The position numbers were made by a program, and so were the translations under genes. A stretch of DNA of 64,000 bases from a virus (Duplodnaviria > Caudoviricetes), in IMG/VR virus record IMGVR_UViG_3300028735_000004, positions 179,942 through 243,941 of that record; one strand, written 5' to 3'. The notes beneath the pieces are model-generated. The model was not told the origin of the DNA and searched no databases. It saw only the letters and a program-made list of their open reading frames with translations. Of this stretch, positions 48,329 through 58,506 are shown one piece after another (the stretch's first letter is position 1; each line of letters begins with the position of its first letter).

Positions 48329-49198
48329 TTATTTAAGTTTATTTTCAACAAATTTTTTCATACACTCAGATAACGCTTCTTTACTTGGTTTTAATTTTAA
48401 ACCTATAGAATTTACCTTTGATGTATTTAATATACAATTAGATCTTTTCGCTTTAGTTAATAAAGATAATTGATGCTCTGTTATTTTATTATAAGTATGA
48501 GAAGGAACATATTTTCTATATTCTTCTAGTATATCTTCGTGAGTTAGAGTTTGGGGATTTGCGATATGAAAAATACCGGGTTGCGGATTTTTAACAAAAA
48601 AATCTATAACATTAACTAAATCATCAATAAAAGTTATTGAGTTTGGAGTAATTAATACATCTTTATAATTTAAAAGTTTATTAATTAAATTTCTTGGATG
48701 ATTTTTAGTTGATACCGGCATTCTTAATCTTAATGAAGTAATGTGTGGCATTGGTCCAAGAATCAAATCACAAGCGTATTTTGTTTTACTATAGAATGAT
48801 TGAGGATTAGCGAAGTCTTCCTCTTTCCAACCATGGTCTAATATACTTTCTTTTTTAATTCCATCAACAAAAGAAGTATGATATGTTGTATGCGGCGAAT
48901 TCCCAAAAAATACACAACCGCTTGATAAATGTATCATATGAATTGAATGTTTTTCGCACACTTCTGATAAAACGGTTGGTATAGTTAAATTTGCAATTAT
49001 TGTTTTATTTTTTTCAATTTCACATTGATCTACATTTGGACTGCCACAAAAACCAATACAATTAATAATAGTATTTGGTTTATATTTATTGATAATATCT
49101 TCTATTTGATTATAATAAGGATTAACTCTTTCCTCAGCTTTTTGATAATTTAAATGTGATGCAATAAAAGAATTTTTTCCTAAAATTAAAACTGACAT
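48329..49198 (-). CDS. NDP-4-keto-6-deoxyglucose epimerase/reductase (NRS/ER, RmlD-like SDR)
   Basis: IINCIG..G.PNVDQCE, HLSSGCVF, YSKTK (YxxxK) and LRLRMP. Confidence 0.8.
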   Translation of the reverse strand: MSVLILGKNSFIASHLNYQKAEERVNPYYNQIEDIINKYKPNTIINCIGFCGSPNVDQCEIEKNKTIIANLTIPTVLSEVCEKHSIHMIHLSSGCVFFGNSPHTTYHTSFVDGIKKESILDHGWKEEDFANPQSFYSKTKYACDLILGPMPHITSLRLRMPVSTKNHPRNLINKLLNYKDVLITPNSITFIDDLVNVIDFFVKNPQPGIFHIANPQTLTHEDILEEYRKYVPSHTYNKITEHQLSLLTKAKRSNCILNTSKVNSIGLKLKPSKEALSECMKKFVENKLK

Positions 49199-49219
49199 TT
49201 ATAATCCTTAATTAATAAT

Positions 49220-49921
49220 TTATTTTTTATAAAAATAATCTGATACTAATTTAACACTATCAACTGTTCCGGCGTCGCTCCAAAAGCCAGTATTAAATGT
49301 ATAATTTAATTTGCCGTCATTGAGATACATATTTAATATATCAGTTATTTCAAATTCTCCACGAGAAGAAGGTTTTGTTGATTTAAAATATTCAAAATAA
49401 TTTAAATCAAATTTATAACATCCGGTAATTGCGTAATTATCATAATTATCATCTAATATTTTCGGTTTTTCAACTATATTTATAATTTTATTATCTTTAA
49501 TAGATGCAACACCAAATCTATATAATTCAGAATGTTTGTGTAAAACTATTGATGATCCATTTGTATTGGTAAAATCTATTTTGTTTTCAAAAATATTATC
49601 ACCTAACACCACAACAAAATCGTCTTTAATATAATTTTTGCATAAATTTATTGCTGCTGCTATTCCATTAGGTGAAGATTGGTATACATAATTGATATTA
49701 AAACCAAATTCACTTCCATCTTTTAGATAAGAAACAATTTGATTAAAATAATTCCCGCCAAGGATTACTGTCAAATCAGTAATTCCAATTTGTTTTAATG
49801 TATTTAAAGAAAAATCAATGACAAATTTATCATTTATTGGATATAAATGTTTATTTCCAAGTTTAGATGTAAAATGTCCTAATCGAGTACCGCTTCCACC
49901 AGTTAAAATAATACCTTGCAT
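49220..49921 (-). CDS. rfbA: Glucose-1-phosphate thymidylyltransferase (RmlA-like)
   Basis: GIILTGGSGTRL, KHLYPI, YVYQSSPNGIA, VLGDNIF, EKP, PSSRGEFEITD and WSDAGT. Confidence 0.92.
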   Translation of the reverse strand: MQGIILTGGSGTRLGHFTSKLGNKHLYPINDKFVIDFSLNTLKQIGITDLTVILGGNYFNQIVSYLKDGSEFGFNINYVYQSSPNGIAAAINLCKNYIKDDFVVVLGDNIFENKIDFTNTNGSSIVLHKHSELYRFGVASIKDNKIINIVEKPKILDDNYDNYAITGCYKFDLNYFEYFKSTKPSSRGEFEITDILNMYLNDGKLNYTFNTGFWSDAGTVDSVKLVSDYFYKK

Positions 49922-49929
49922 AAACAAGA

Positions 49930-49937
49930 AATATAAC
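49930..49937 (-). promoter_or_regulatory. Putative promoter GTTATATT, 8 nt before the rmlA ATG
   Basis: Recurrent motif; no SD. Confidence 0.5.
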
Positions 49938-49965
49938 TTAAAAAGTAATAATTAATTAATATAAA

Positions 49966-50304
49966 TTAATATACGAAACTGTAGGTATCCCAAGGTAATT
50001 TATTTTCCTTGGCTAATTTATTTACTGTATCTTGTAATTTTTTTAAGAAACCAGCTTTGCCAGGTTTAAATACAACTTTTACAACGCCAATTGATCTTTG
50101 TGTTCTTGGATCTTTTCCTGGATGAACTTCTAATCTTTCAATAGCTTGTTTTAATTCAGGAGCTGCATTTAAAATAGTTTCAGCTTCTCTTAAATTTGGT
50201 TTAACTGGCTCTCTGTAGTCCATTGGAGGGGCTTGTTTTCCAAATTGAGCCAATTTTTTTTCAAATTTTTCTGCTAATTTAAGAATTTTTGTTTTAACCA
50301 TCAT
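49966..50304 (-). CDS. Hypothetical basic protein
   Basis: 112 aa with KLAE and KKLAQ at the N-terminus. Confidence 0.65.
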   Translation of the reverse strand: MMVKTKILKLAEKFEKKLAQFGKQAPPMDYREPVKPNLREAETILNAAPELKQAIERLEVHPGKDPRTQRSIGVVKVVFKPGKAGFLKKLQDTVNKLAKENKLPWDTYSFVY

Positions 50305-50322
50305 ACTATTTATATGTAATTA

Positions 50323-50793
50323 TTACTTATTTAAAAGATAATCTTGAATAATTTTATCATTTAAATATTTATTTTTAATATTTTCCGGTAATAAATAAAA
50401 CCCGCTAATAATTTTTCTACAATTATAAGCTCCACAATCGCATTTTAAATTGAATGTTTTTTCATCTTCTGTACTTGTTAAAGAATAATCTATTAATAAT
50501 TCTTCATCTTTTCTAATATCCCTATAGGCTATTAAAAAAACATTATTTACAGCAATTTTTATATAACAGTTTGGATTACAAGAATGATTTATAAAAAAAC
50601 TTTCAGTATTGCTCATATCTAAAAATTTATCTAAACCAATCTGTAAGTAATGATAAGTTTCAGTTGAGGATAAATTTTCTATATTTATTTTTGGAATTAT
50701 TTTTCCATTTATTCTAAGCAATATATCATTTTTTTTATGAAATTGATCGGTAAATAAACCGTTTCTGTTTTTATTTTTTTTGATGCTCAACAT
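50323..50793 (-). CDS. SET-domain lysine methyltransferase with a post-SET motif
   Basis: GLFT, FINHSCNPN, EELLIDY and CDCGAYNCR. Confidence 0.92.
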   Translation of the reverse strand: MLSIKKNKNRNGLFTDQFHKKNDILLRINGKIIPKINIENLSSTETYHYLQIGLDKFLDMSNTESFFINHSCNPNCYIKIAVNNVFLIAYRDIRKDEELLIDYSLTSTEDEKTFNLKCDCGAYNCRKIISGFYLLPENIKNKYLNDKIIQDYLLNK

Positions 50794-51554
50794 TATTTTA
50801 ATATATTATATAAAAATTCTTGATTTTTATTGAAAGATGGTAGATTTAAATCTATAAATAATTTATTTTTTAATTCATTTTCTCCATTTGGTTTTTTAAC
50901 TAATTTAGGAATTCTATAGCACCCAATACCTTTTCTAAATGGTATTGGGTAATCGTTAAAATCTATATCACATTTTTCTAATAAAATATCTATTTTGTCA
51001 TCTATAGTAGTATTTAATAGTATTTTATTTACATAATCTATATCAAATTTTTTAGATAACTCATAAAAACAAGAAAAAGATACGGCTGAATAATAAGCCT
51101 GATGCTGCTTGTAAATTAAAAAATTAACTACTTCCGAAATCGATGGAACTACAAAAGACTTACTAATAAAAGTAGGATCTCCTATAATATTTAAACCAAA
51201 TTCTTCTGCGGCTTTATAAAAAGATAAGGTTGCTATTGAAGCTGCGGCAGAATTTATTTTTTGCAAATTTCCATCATACCACATTTCAGTATCTATTGTT
51301 TGATTATTTTTCGAAATAATAATAATTTCGTCATTAAAAGAATAAACAAATACCGTGCCATCAATTTCAGATGCCAATTTAATAACACTGCTGCAAATTG
51401 CTTCAAAAAATTTTGTTGAGTAAGGTTTAGGAAGCAACGAAGTATTTTTTTTAAAAGACCTTCCGTTTAAATTTATTACTAAAGGTAATTTTTTAATTAA
51501 TTTAAAATCGTAATTACTTTCGTAATCAACAATTCGTTCTTTTAATGTACTCAT
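50793..51554 (-). CDS. thg1: tRNA(His) guanylyltransferase-like (Thg1/TLP) protein
   Basis: YES...LPLVINLNGRSF, FNDEI, WYDGNLQK..S..ASIAT and FRKG. The first catalytic Asp appears as Asn. Confidence 0.85.
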   Translation of the reverse strand: MSTLKERIVDYESNYDFKLIKKLPLVINLNGRSFKKNTSLLPKPYSTKFFEAICSSVIKLASEIDGTVFVYSFNDEIIIISKNNQTIDTEMWYDGNLQKINSAAASIATLSFYKAAEEFGLNIIGDPTFISKSFVVPSISEVVNFLIYKQHQAYYSAVSFSCFYELSKKFDIDYVNKILLNTTIDDKIDILLEKCDIDFNDYPIPFRKGIGCYRIPKLVKKPNGENELKNKLFIDLNLPSFNKNQEFLYNILK

Positions 51555-51562
51555 TAATAGTA

Positions 51563-51570
51563 GATATAAC
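51563..51570 (-). promoter_or_regulatory. Putative promoter GTTATATC, 8 nt before the thg1 ATG
   Basis: Recurrent motif variant; no SD. Confidence 0.45.
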
Positions 51571-51571
51571 T

Positions 51572-52009
51572 TTATTTAATATTTTGGACTGATGTTTTCC
51601 AAGTGCTTAATAAAGTAATAATTTCAGTTTTTAGTCGGTTAATTGTCGGTTCAGAAAAAGAATATGTATTTAATTTAATCGATAAATCATTAATTAATTT
51701 TAATATTTGCTCAGAACTATATTGTTTTTTATCATTTACATTAGTTAAATATTTATATATTAATTTAACAAATTCTGATAAATATTTTTTAGAACCACTT
51801 AAAGCCATTAAAGATGGGTTTAATGCTAAAAATTTAAAATTTAATTTCTGATTATTATAAATAATATCATCTAATACATTGTTTATTTTTAGATAAATTT
51901 TATTTAAATAAATCCAATCGTTTTCTCTAAAAAGATAATTATTAACATTAGGCAAGTATCTAATATCTTGAGATTGAGCTAATTTTAGCAAAAATTTTAA
52001 TCTGTTCAA
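51572..52009 (-). CDS. Hypothetical protein
   Basis: 145 aa beginning MNRLKFLLKLAQ. Confidence 0.6.
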   Translation of the reverse strand: MNRLKFLLKLAQSQDIRYLPNVNNYLFRENDWIYLNKIYLKINNVLDDIIYNNQKLNFKFLALNPSLMALSGSKKYLSEFVKLIYKYLTNVNDKKQYSSEQILKLINDLSIKLNTYSFSEPTINRLKTEIITLLSTWKTSVQNIK

Positions 52010-53442
52010 GTATCCCGCCTTATATAATAAGAAACATCGGATCTATCAACCATAATGTTATTTTTATCTATATGATATTTTAATAATTTTTCTGGATTTA
52101 TATATTGACCTTCATCTATATATTGTTCTATATTATCAAATAATGATGCGTAAGTATCCATAATGTTAGATTTACCATATGCAAACTGATCGTTATATCC
52201 GCCCCAATCAAAAAAATTAGGTAAATATAATCTATCTAATATAGCATAACTTTTAATTGTTGGAGGATATGTAATAAATAAATCTGCTCTACATCTAATT
52301 ACAAGATCATATGTAAAACTATTTTCTAATTCATATTGTTTTTTAAGTTCATTACATTTTTTAATTTTATAATACATACTTAACATACCATTTAAATCTC
52401 TATGCTCATAATTTTTATCTATTAATTTTTGGTTAAATGGAAAATGAATAAATGGTTCTATTTCTATTTTTTTAGGTTTATATAAATAATTTATTCTTGG
52501 TAAGTAATCATATGTAGATAATTTAACAATTCTATTATCAAAACCTCTGAATGGAGTTCCGACCGAATCCCAAGTAGAAATGAAAACATCACAATGTAAT
52601 GGTTTTATAATATTATGATTAATTGATTCAAAAGTTTTTTCAAAACCTCTCATATGTCCAGATAGACATAATGCTACTTTAAAATTACTATCAACTACAT
52701 TAGGCTGCTTTGTTGCAAAAACTGGTTTATTTATATTTTGCGATACAATATTTAAATATTGTGGAGATATATCTTTATTTATTTTTGGTTTTGGTTGATT
52801 GTCTATTATTGGTTGATTTTCATCACGAGTGATAATCCACATTCTTCTGTTAGAAATATTTCTTTGATTAGAATTTGTTTCAGGAAGATTATATTTAAAA
52901 AATGATGTATCAGGTGTATATATTTTTTCAAATTTCATACCTAATTCTAATAAAATTCTTTCTATAAAATAAGGAGAAGGTTTAGCCCCTATTCCATTAA
53001 AAGACCAATCATATATAGATTTATTTTCATCAACATAAATACACCTATTAGGATCGTTTGAATCTAATACTTCTGTTTCAAGAACTATACAATTAGATAT
53101 TTTACAAAGTTTAGTTAAGTGTCCTTTTATATCTTTCAAATGACAAATTAATCCTAAATCAAAAACTATATCAAATTTTTGATTTACAAATGGCCATTCC
53201 TTATCTAAGTCTGCTTTTACGATTTTTATATGAGGATATTTTTTTCTCAAAATATTTATATGTTCTTGTCTTACTTCTACGGCAGTTGCAGTAGCTCCTA
53301 ATCTTGTAAAAGCATTACTGATATCACCAATACCGGCACCCAAATCTAATAAAGTTTTTCCATTAAAGAAATTAGGACCAAATTTATCTATTATGGCTTT
53401 TATTCTATTTCTATTCCAATCTATATAATGATGGTCAAACAT
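52006..53442 (-). CDS. Class I SAM methyltransferase fused to a putative glycosyltransferase-like domain
   Basis: N-terminal LDLGAGIG; the C-terminal domain (VALCLSG.MR...DVFISTW...RCRAD...NDQFAYG) is paralogous to the next gene. Confidence 0.75.
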   Translation of the reverse strand: MFDHHYIDWNRNRIKAIIDKFGPNFFNGKTLLDLGAGIGDISNAFTRLGATATAVEVRQEHINILRKKYPHIKIVKADLDKEWPFVNQKFDIVFDLGLICHLKDIKGHLTKLCKISNCIVLETEVLDSNDPNRCIYVDENKSIYDWSFNGIGAKPSPYFIERILLELGMKFEKIYTPDTSFFKYNLPETNSNQRNISNRRMWIITRDENQPIIDNQPKPKINKDISPQYLNIVSQNINKPVFATKQPNVVDSNFKVALCLSGHMRGFEKTFESINHNIIKPLHCDVFISTWDSVGTPFRGFDNRIVKLSTYDYLPRINYLYKPKKIEIEPFIHFPFNQKLIDKNYEHRDLNGMLSMYYKIKKCNELKKQYELENSFTYDLVIRCRADLFITYPPTIKSYAILDRLYLPNFFDWGGYNDQFAYGKSNIMDTYASLFDNIEQYIDEGQYINPEKLLKYHIDKNNIMVDRSDVSYYIRRDT

Positions 53443-54146
53443 TAGGACCTATTAATAAAATATTTTATTTTTGATAGTTTATATGGAACTTTAATTGTTT
53501 CTAAATGCCACTTAACAAATATTTCTGGTCTAAAATCTCCTCCCTCAGAAAAATATCTTGATAAATGATTATACATACCGCAATAATAATCAATTAAATG
53601 ACCAGAACCAAAAGCAAATTGATCGTTAATTCCGCCATATCCTTCTATTTCTGGAACATATAAATATTTTTTTGAATCAAGTAATTCTTGAGTATTTAAT
53701 AACGATAAAAATTGTAAGTCAGGTCTTGTTCGAATAATTAAATCATATTGAATATTATGATCTCTTTCATATTGTTTTCTTAATTCGTTGCAAGCCCATA
53801 TTTTATAAAACATTGCAAACATATGTCCAGGATGCTTTGGTATATCGGGAGCAATATAAAATTTTACTTTTGTCTCTGCTTCTTTTTTAAAACTTTCTAA
53901 TTCTTTTTGAGATTGAATTATTATTTGTTTAGGTTTAAGAATATTTTGTATTAAATTTAAATTAGAATGAGTATAATTATTTATATAGAAATTGTGATCG
54001 GGTCTCCAATTATTATGATACCCTAAAGTATCCCAAGTATGAATAAAAATATCATAATCTAAATTTCTTAATAAAAAAGAATATAAAGATGGTGTTGTTT
54101 TTTGAAAACTTCTTAAATGACCGGATAAGCAAACTGCAATTTTCAT
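53442..54146 (-). CDS. Putative glycosyltransferase-like protein
   Basis: IAVCLSGHLR, DIFIHTW, IIRTRPD and NDQFAFG. Confidence 0.65.
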   Translation of the reverse strand: MKIAVCLSGHLRSFQKTTPSLYSFLLRNLDYDIFIHTWDTLGYHNNWRPDHNFYINNYTHSNLNLIQNILKPKQIIIQSQKELESFKKEAETKVKFYIAPDIPKHPGHMFAMFYKIWACNELRKQYERDHNIQYDLIIRTRPDLQFLSLLNTQELLDSKKYLYVPEIEGYGGINDQFAFGSGHLIDYYCGMYNHLSRYFSEGGDFRPEIFVKWHLETIKVPYKLSKIKYFINRS

Positions 54147-55510
54147 TTTGACTTTAAGTAAATTTCTAAATCTTCTGGAGTTCCTATTCCGTGCATAGCG
54201 TTGCAGTTATATGTTTTTATTTTTTTCTTATCTTGTATCATTTCATTATAAATTGGCGCCACATAGAACTCATTATTTACTCTTATATTTTTTGAAATCA
54301 TTTGTTCGGCATATTTAACATATTCTGAACCTTTATTATAGTAATAAATACCCACCGTGGCGTGATTGCTTATTGGTTTTTTTTCAGCAACTTCTAACAC
54401 AAATCCATTTTCATCTAATTTAGCATATGACCACTTTGGATCATTTTCACTTGTAAATGTAAGTATCCCACCATCAGTATCAGATGTCAGCATAGAATAC
54501 ATAAAATGACTACTATCCCAGTCAACTATTTGATCAGAATTTGCTATCAATAGATGTTTATCATCATTAATTAAATCTTTTGCTAATAAAGTAGTGCAGG
54601 CAGCTCCTTCTGTTAAACCATCTGTTTTGACAATCTTACATCCAGGAGCAATTAAATTAAGATAAGCGCCAAGATTATAGTTATTATAATGTTCTTCTTG
54701 CACAATAAATATAAAATTAGCCTCCATATTTAAATTTTCAACCACTCTTTGTATCATTGGTTTTCCATTAACATCAATTAATGGTTTTGGTAAATGGTAT
54801 TTTGCTCTCATACGAGAGCCTGCGCCAGCCATAGGAATTAAAATATTTAATGTATTCTTTGCATACCATTTATAATTGGCTGGTTTTATTTGATTAATGC
54901 TTTTAATAATATGAGCATAAGAGAAATCATTAGCACTATCTACTTCACACAAATGCGCTTTAGATCTTAAGGCAGCCTCTCTACCGTGCTTACTATCTTC
55001 TATAATCAAAGTTTGTTCCGCTTCTACCCCGGCATCTAACATACATTTTAAATAAATCTCTGGAGAAGGTTTTTGATTTTTTACATCTTCATTTGCATAA
55101 ATTTTATCAACTAGATGTAAAATATCTAATTTTCTTAAACCTTCCTCTACCGTAGCTCTCATAGCATTTGAGGCGACATAAAAAAGAAAACCATCTTCTT
55201 TTAATTGCTGAATAGATGGTTTAATTTTTAAGTTTATTTTATTAAAAGTTTTTAATGCCTCTAATGTAAACTTTTGTTTTAAAGAATTTATTTCATTTAC
55301 CTTATCTAAAGGGAAATTTTTTGTTTGATTAAGAATATTTAATTTCTTTTTTGTGGAAAGACCATCGAAGATTTTTATATGATCTTCCAAAGAAATTATA
55401 TATTTTTTATCTAATGTTTCAAGTGCTTTATTTAAAGTATCAAAATGAAGCTCTTTTAAATCAAGAAGACAGCCATCGAAATCAGATATAATTAACTTAA
55501 TATTTTGCAT
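54143..55510 (-). CDS. HAD phosphatase fused to an NTP-transferase/GT-A (BcbE-like) domain
   Basis: SDFDGCL, KPSPEIY and IIEDS (HAD); IPMAGAGSR, KPLIDV, IANSDQ and GIGTPEDL (NTP transferase). Start placed at MQNIK. Confidence 0.85.
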   Translation of the reverse strand: MQNIKLIISDFDGCLLDLKELHFDTLNKALETLDKKYIISLEDHIKIFDGLSTKKKLNILNQTKNFPLDKVNEINSLKQKFTLEALKTFNKINLKIKPSIQQLKEDGFLFYVASNAMRATVEEGLRKLDILHLVDKIYANEDVKNQKPSPEIYLKCMLDAGVEAEQTLIIEDSKHGREAALRSKAHLCEVDSANDFSYAHIIKSINQIKPANYKWYAKNTLNILIPMAGAGSRMRAKYHLPKPLIDVNGKPMIQRVVENLNMEANFIFIVQEEHYNNYNLGAYLNLIAPGCKIVKTDGLTEGAACTTLLAKDLINDDKHLLIANSDQIVDWDSSHFMYSMLTSDTDGGILTFTSENDPKWSYAKLDENGFVLEVAEKKPISNHATVGIYYYNKGSEYVKYAEQMISKNIRVNNEFYVAPIYNEMIQDKKKIKTYNCNAMHGIGTPEDLEIYLKSK

Positions 55511-55541
55511 CAAAAAAATGCAAAAAAATGCACCTAATAAA

Positions 55542-55985
55542 TTATTTAAATTTAAATGGCAAATCCGTGCATACTCCAGCACAATTATTTAAATCCCATC
55601 CATCAACATTCTCAATCATTACCGCAATACTTTTACTGGTTAATATATTTTTAGCATCAGGATAGGTCCAAATAAAACCTTGAGAAGTTAAGACACAATC
55701 ATCTTTATCGTGGTAAAATGCATTAATTAAAGGATTAGATATTAATTTTTCCAAAGCCTCTATATTTTTACAATGAACCCACATTCTATCATTATAGAAA
55801 AAATTATCTCCAACTTCATATTCCGCCTTATCGTGCCCTAATACGAATTTATTATTTAAATATCTAACATCAATTTCTACATTAAAACCTAAAGATAAAA
55901 CATACTTAATTGAAGATGGATGATTTTCTCCAAAATAAGCAGTATTAGGGCCATTGGTATTAGCTCTATGACTAATTATAATCAT
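55542..55985 (-). CDS. GDPD/PI-PLC-like phosphodiesterase domain protein
   Basis: ISHRAN, EN, VEIDVR, LGHD, WVHCKN and CTD. Confidence 0.75.
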   Translation of the reverse strand: MIIISHRANTNGPNTAYFGENHPSSIKYVLSLGFNVEIDVRYLNNKFVLGHDKAEYEVGDNFFYNDRMWVHCKNIEALEKLISNPLINAFYHDKDDCVLTSQGFIWTYPDAKNILTSKSIAVMIENVDGWDLNNCAGVCTDLPFKFK

Positions 55986-56311
55986 TTTTTAAGTTTATTA
56001 ATTTTAGATCTATAAGATTTATAAAATGTATCGGCAAGTTCTAATTCGAATTTATTACCAACAACCTTATAAGATTTTAATAAACCTTTATCAAACATTC
56101 TTGTAATGATATTTTCATCATATTTAGTTTTCCGATCCAATTCAAAAGAACACTCTTTTTCAAGTTCTTTTTGAGTTAAATAATGTACTGCGCAAAAATG
56201 TATTATTCTTGATTTTGCTTCATTATATTTTTGATGACGATATTTTAATTTTGATGTATCTTTTTTAAATAGCGAAAGAAATGAATTCCATAATTGTTCT
56301 AAAAATTTCAT
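55982..56311 (-). CDS. Hypothetical protein
   Basis: 109-aa ORF. Confidence 0.55.
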   Translation of the reverse strand: MKFLEQLWNSFLSLFKKDTSKLKYRHQKYNEAKSRIIHFCAVHYLTQKELEKECSFELDRKTKYDENIITRMFDKGLLKSYKVVGNKFELELADTFYKSYRSKINKLKK

Positions 56312-56317
56312 ATCATA

Positions 56318-56536
56318 TTATATATCATCATAATTTAAACTCAATATCTTGTTATATGCAGCATCATAACTTTTTGATGTAAAAATAACACCTAATGATA
56401 ATGATAATACGCACCAATTTTTATTTTTATGATTTCTAATAAATACCCATTGATTAGAGTTTATTATTTCAATGATTGGGGCATTCCAATCTTTTGCTTC
56501 TTCTTTATTTAATAAATTTAATATTGTGTAATTCAT
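56318..56536 (-). CDS. Small hypothetical protein
   Basis: 72-aa ORF. Confidence 0.5.
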   Translation of the reverse strand: MNYTILNLLNKEEAKDWNAPIIEIINSNQWVFIRNHKNKNWCVLSLSLGVIFTSKSYDAAYNKILSLNYDDI

Positions 56537-56640
56537 AATAAGCTCAAATGTTTTGTATTTCTGGAATATAATCCGTAAATCCAGGAGTAAAGATTATTTT
56601 CATATTTAAGATATGAAATATATTCTATTGATTTAAACAT
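56533..56640 (-). pseudogene. Internally deleted remnant of the MFKSI...KYLSLL family
   Basis: Starts MFKSI and ends HLSLL; an alternate frame gives TPGFTDYIPEIQ, matching the family C-terminus. Confidence 0.55.
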
Positions 56641-56956
56641 TATATTTATCACCTTTAACTGAAGGTAATTTAACAACAGCGGTAATTGCATCAGTTAATG
56701 CTTTAAAATCAGTTGCTTCTCCGGGTTCGATAACAAGAATATCATCTTTAACATATTTTTGTCCATTCATTTCCACTTCACCATCAACAATTACCGTTAT
56801 TTCAGTAGAAATTTTATGCACATGCTTTCCTTCAAAATCTCCGGCTTTATATCGTTTAACTGCAACTTCAAAGCCATAAGAGTTAATGATTACTGGCTCA
56901 AAACCACCGCCAATAAACCAACCTTTAACAAATTTTTTTAAATCGTATTTTTTCAT
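56633..56956 (-). CDS. Cupin-fold protein (sugar-modification cluster)
   Basis: GWFIG, KHVHK..TEIT and IEPGE cupin motifs. Confidence 0.75.
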   Translation of the reverse strand: MKKYDLKKFVKGWFIGGGFEPVIINSYGFEVAVKRYKAGDFEGKHVHKISTEITVIVDGEVEMNGQKYVKDDILVIEPGEATDFKALTDAITAVVKLPSVKGDKYNV

Positions 56957-56990
56957 TTATTTAAATAATAATTTATTTGTTTTTCAATTT

Positions 56991-57413
56991 TTAGTGATTG
57001 AAATTTTTTAGTTTTTTTTTGATAAAATTTCTTAAAGCAGCACTTCGTTTAGATGGTTTATCAAAGTCTTTCGAAAAATTCATCAAATAATAAGTGGCTA
57101 ATACACCATAAAGCATCACATTATCTGGAGGATTAATATTATTGTTAATAAACAAAGATAATAACATATGCCAACTCATAGCGTTATCCTCATCCCATTT
57201 AAATACATTTTTTGGAATTTTTATTTTTTTTAAAACATTAGGAATTCCCTTTTGAAAACTATGCACATATTTTTGTGGTATTTTAGTTTTTTTAGATAAT
57301 AGAAATTCAAAAATTTCCTCTTTATCTAAAGAAGGAATTGCTTGTTTAATAAAACTCATATGTTGAGTTTGAGTATCATCACCATCATAAATACCATATC
57401 CAAACCAACCCAT
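56991..57413 (-). CDS. Hypothetical protein
   Basis: 140 aa with a GAGG RBS. Confidence 0.65.
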   Translation of the reverse strand: MGWFGYGIYDGDDTQTQHMSFIKQAIPSLDKEEIFEFLLSKKTKIPQKYVHSFQKGIPNVLKKIKIPKNVFKWDEDNAMSWHMLLSLFINNNINPPDNVMLYGVLATYYLMNFSKDFDKPSKRSAALRNFIKKKLKNFNH

Positions 57414-57428
57414 ATTAAACCTCTTTAT

Positions 57429-57728
<300 letters not shown>

Positions 57729-57736
<8 letters not shown>

Positions 57737-58499
57737 TATTCCATAATTCTAAAACTCGTGTTTCAGTTTCTACGTTTGCTATTTTCTCATAATCATCAAA
57801 TATGCTCATAGGCATTTTTTGCCCATAAATATCGGCACGACCTTTAGCATTTTTAATAAGCCACTCCTCTCGTGATTTATTAATATAATGCGCAATCCAC
57901 ATTACATCGTGTAGTGGCGGAATATTAAATGGTCCATTAACTTGCTGCTTATTTGTATTTACTGAGATTTCTCCGGCAGGCAAAATAGGATGATGAGGAT
58001 CATGGGTTTTTACTGGCAATGTTCTATCTGGCTGGCAAATAAATTGGCAGTGATTATTTACCCCTTCTTGTTTTCGAGTACATTTAATAAAGCGTTCATA
58101 AAGGCTTCCAGGCAATCTTTTATCTTGTCCTCCCGACCCGAATGACAGCCAGTTGCATTGCAGGCTGGCAAAATTTTCATAATTTTTTAAGATCTCTTTA
58201 ACATTGGAAGTCTGAACCGGAACTAAGGCTTGGTCTGCATCAATTAAAGCAAGCCATTTTGTTTTACCTTTATTAAAGGCTATTAATCTTGCCCAAGCCT
58301 CAGAGTGAATATTTTCTGGGATGTCCGGGAAATGAATAATTTCTACATTTTCCTCATCTTTCAATAAAGCTTTTAAAGAATGATATTCTCTATCAAAAAT
58401 AACAAATTTTTCTACCCCTACTTTTTTATGGTACTTAATGAAATCTAAAGCATAATCATTTTCATTTTTCCATAAAGTCCCTAATGTTAAATAAGTCAT
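57729..58499 (-). CDS. Glycosyltransferase (GT92/GT2-like)
   Basis: WKNENDY.LDFIKYH..VGVEKF, WLALIDAD (DxD) and IAHYINKS.EE. Confidence 0.8.
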
Positions 58500-58506
58500 T
58501 TTTTCC

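Noticed and set aside
1346-56941. Plus-strand shadow ORFs (1346, 3135, 4766, 10054, 14333, 14890, 31074, 36407, 38180, 39653, 42931, 43526, 51603, 56759) and nested minus-strand ORFs (27974, 59972, plus 25222 on +)
   Set aside because: They lie antisense to, or inside, well-supported genes and show no motifs or RBS.
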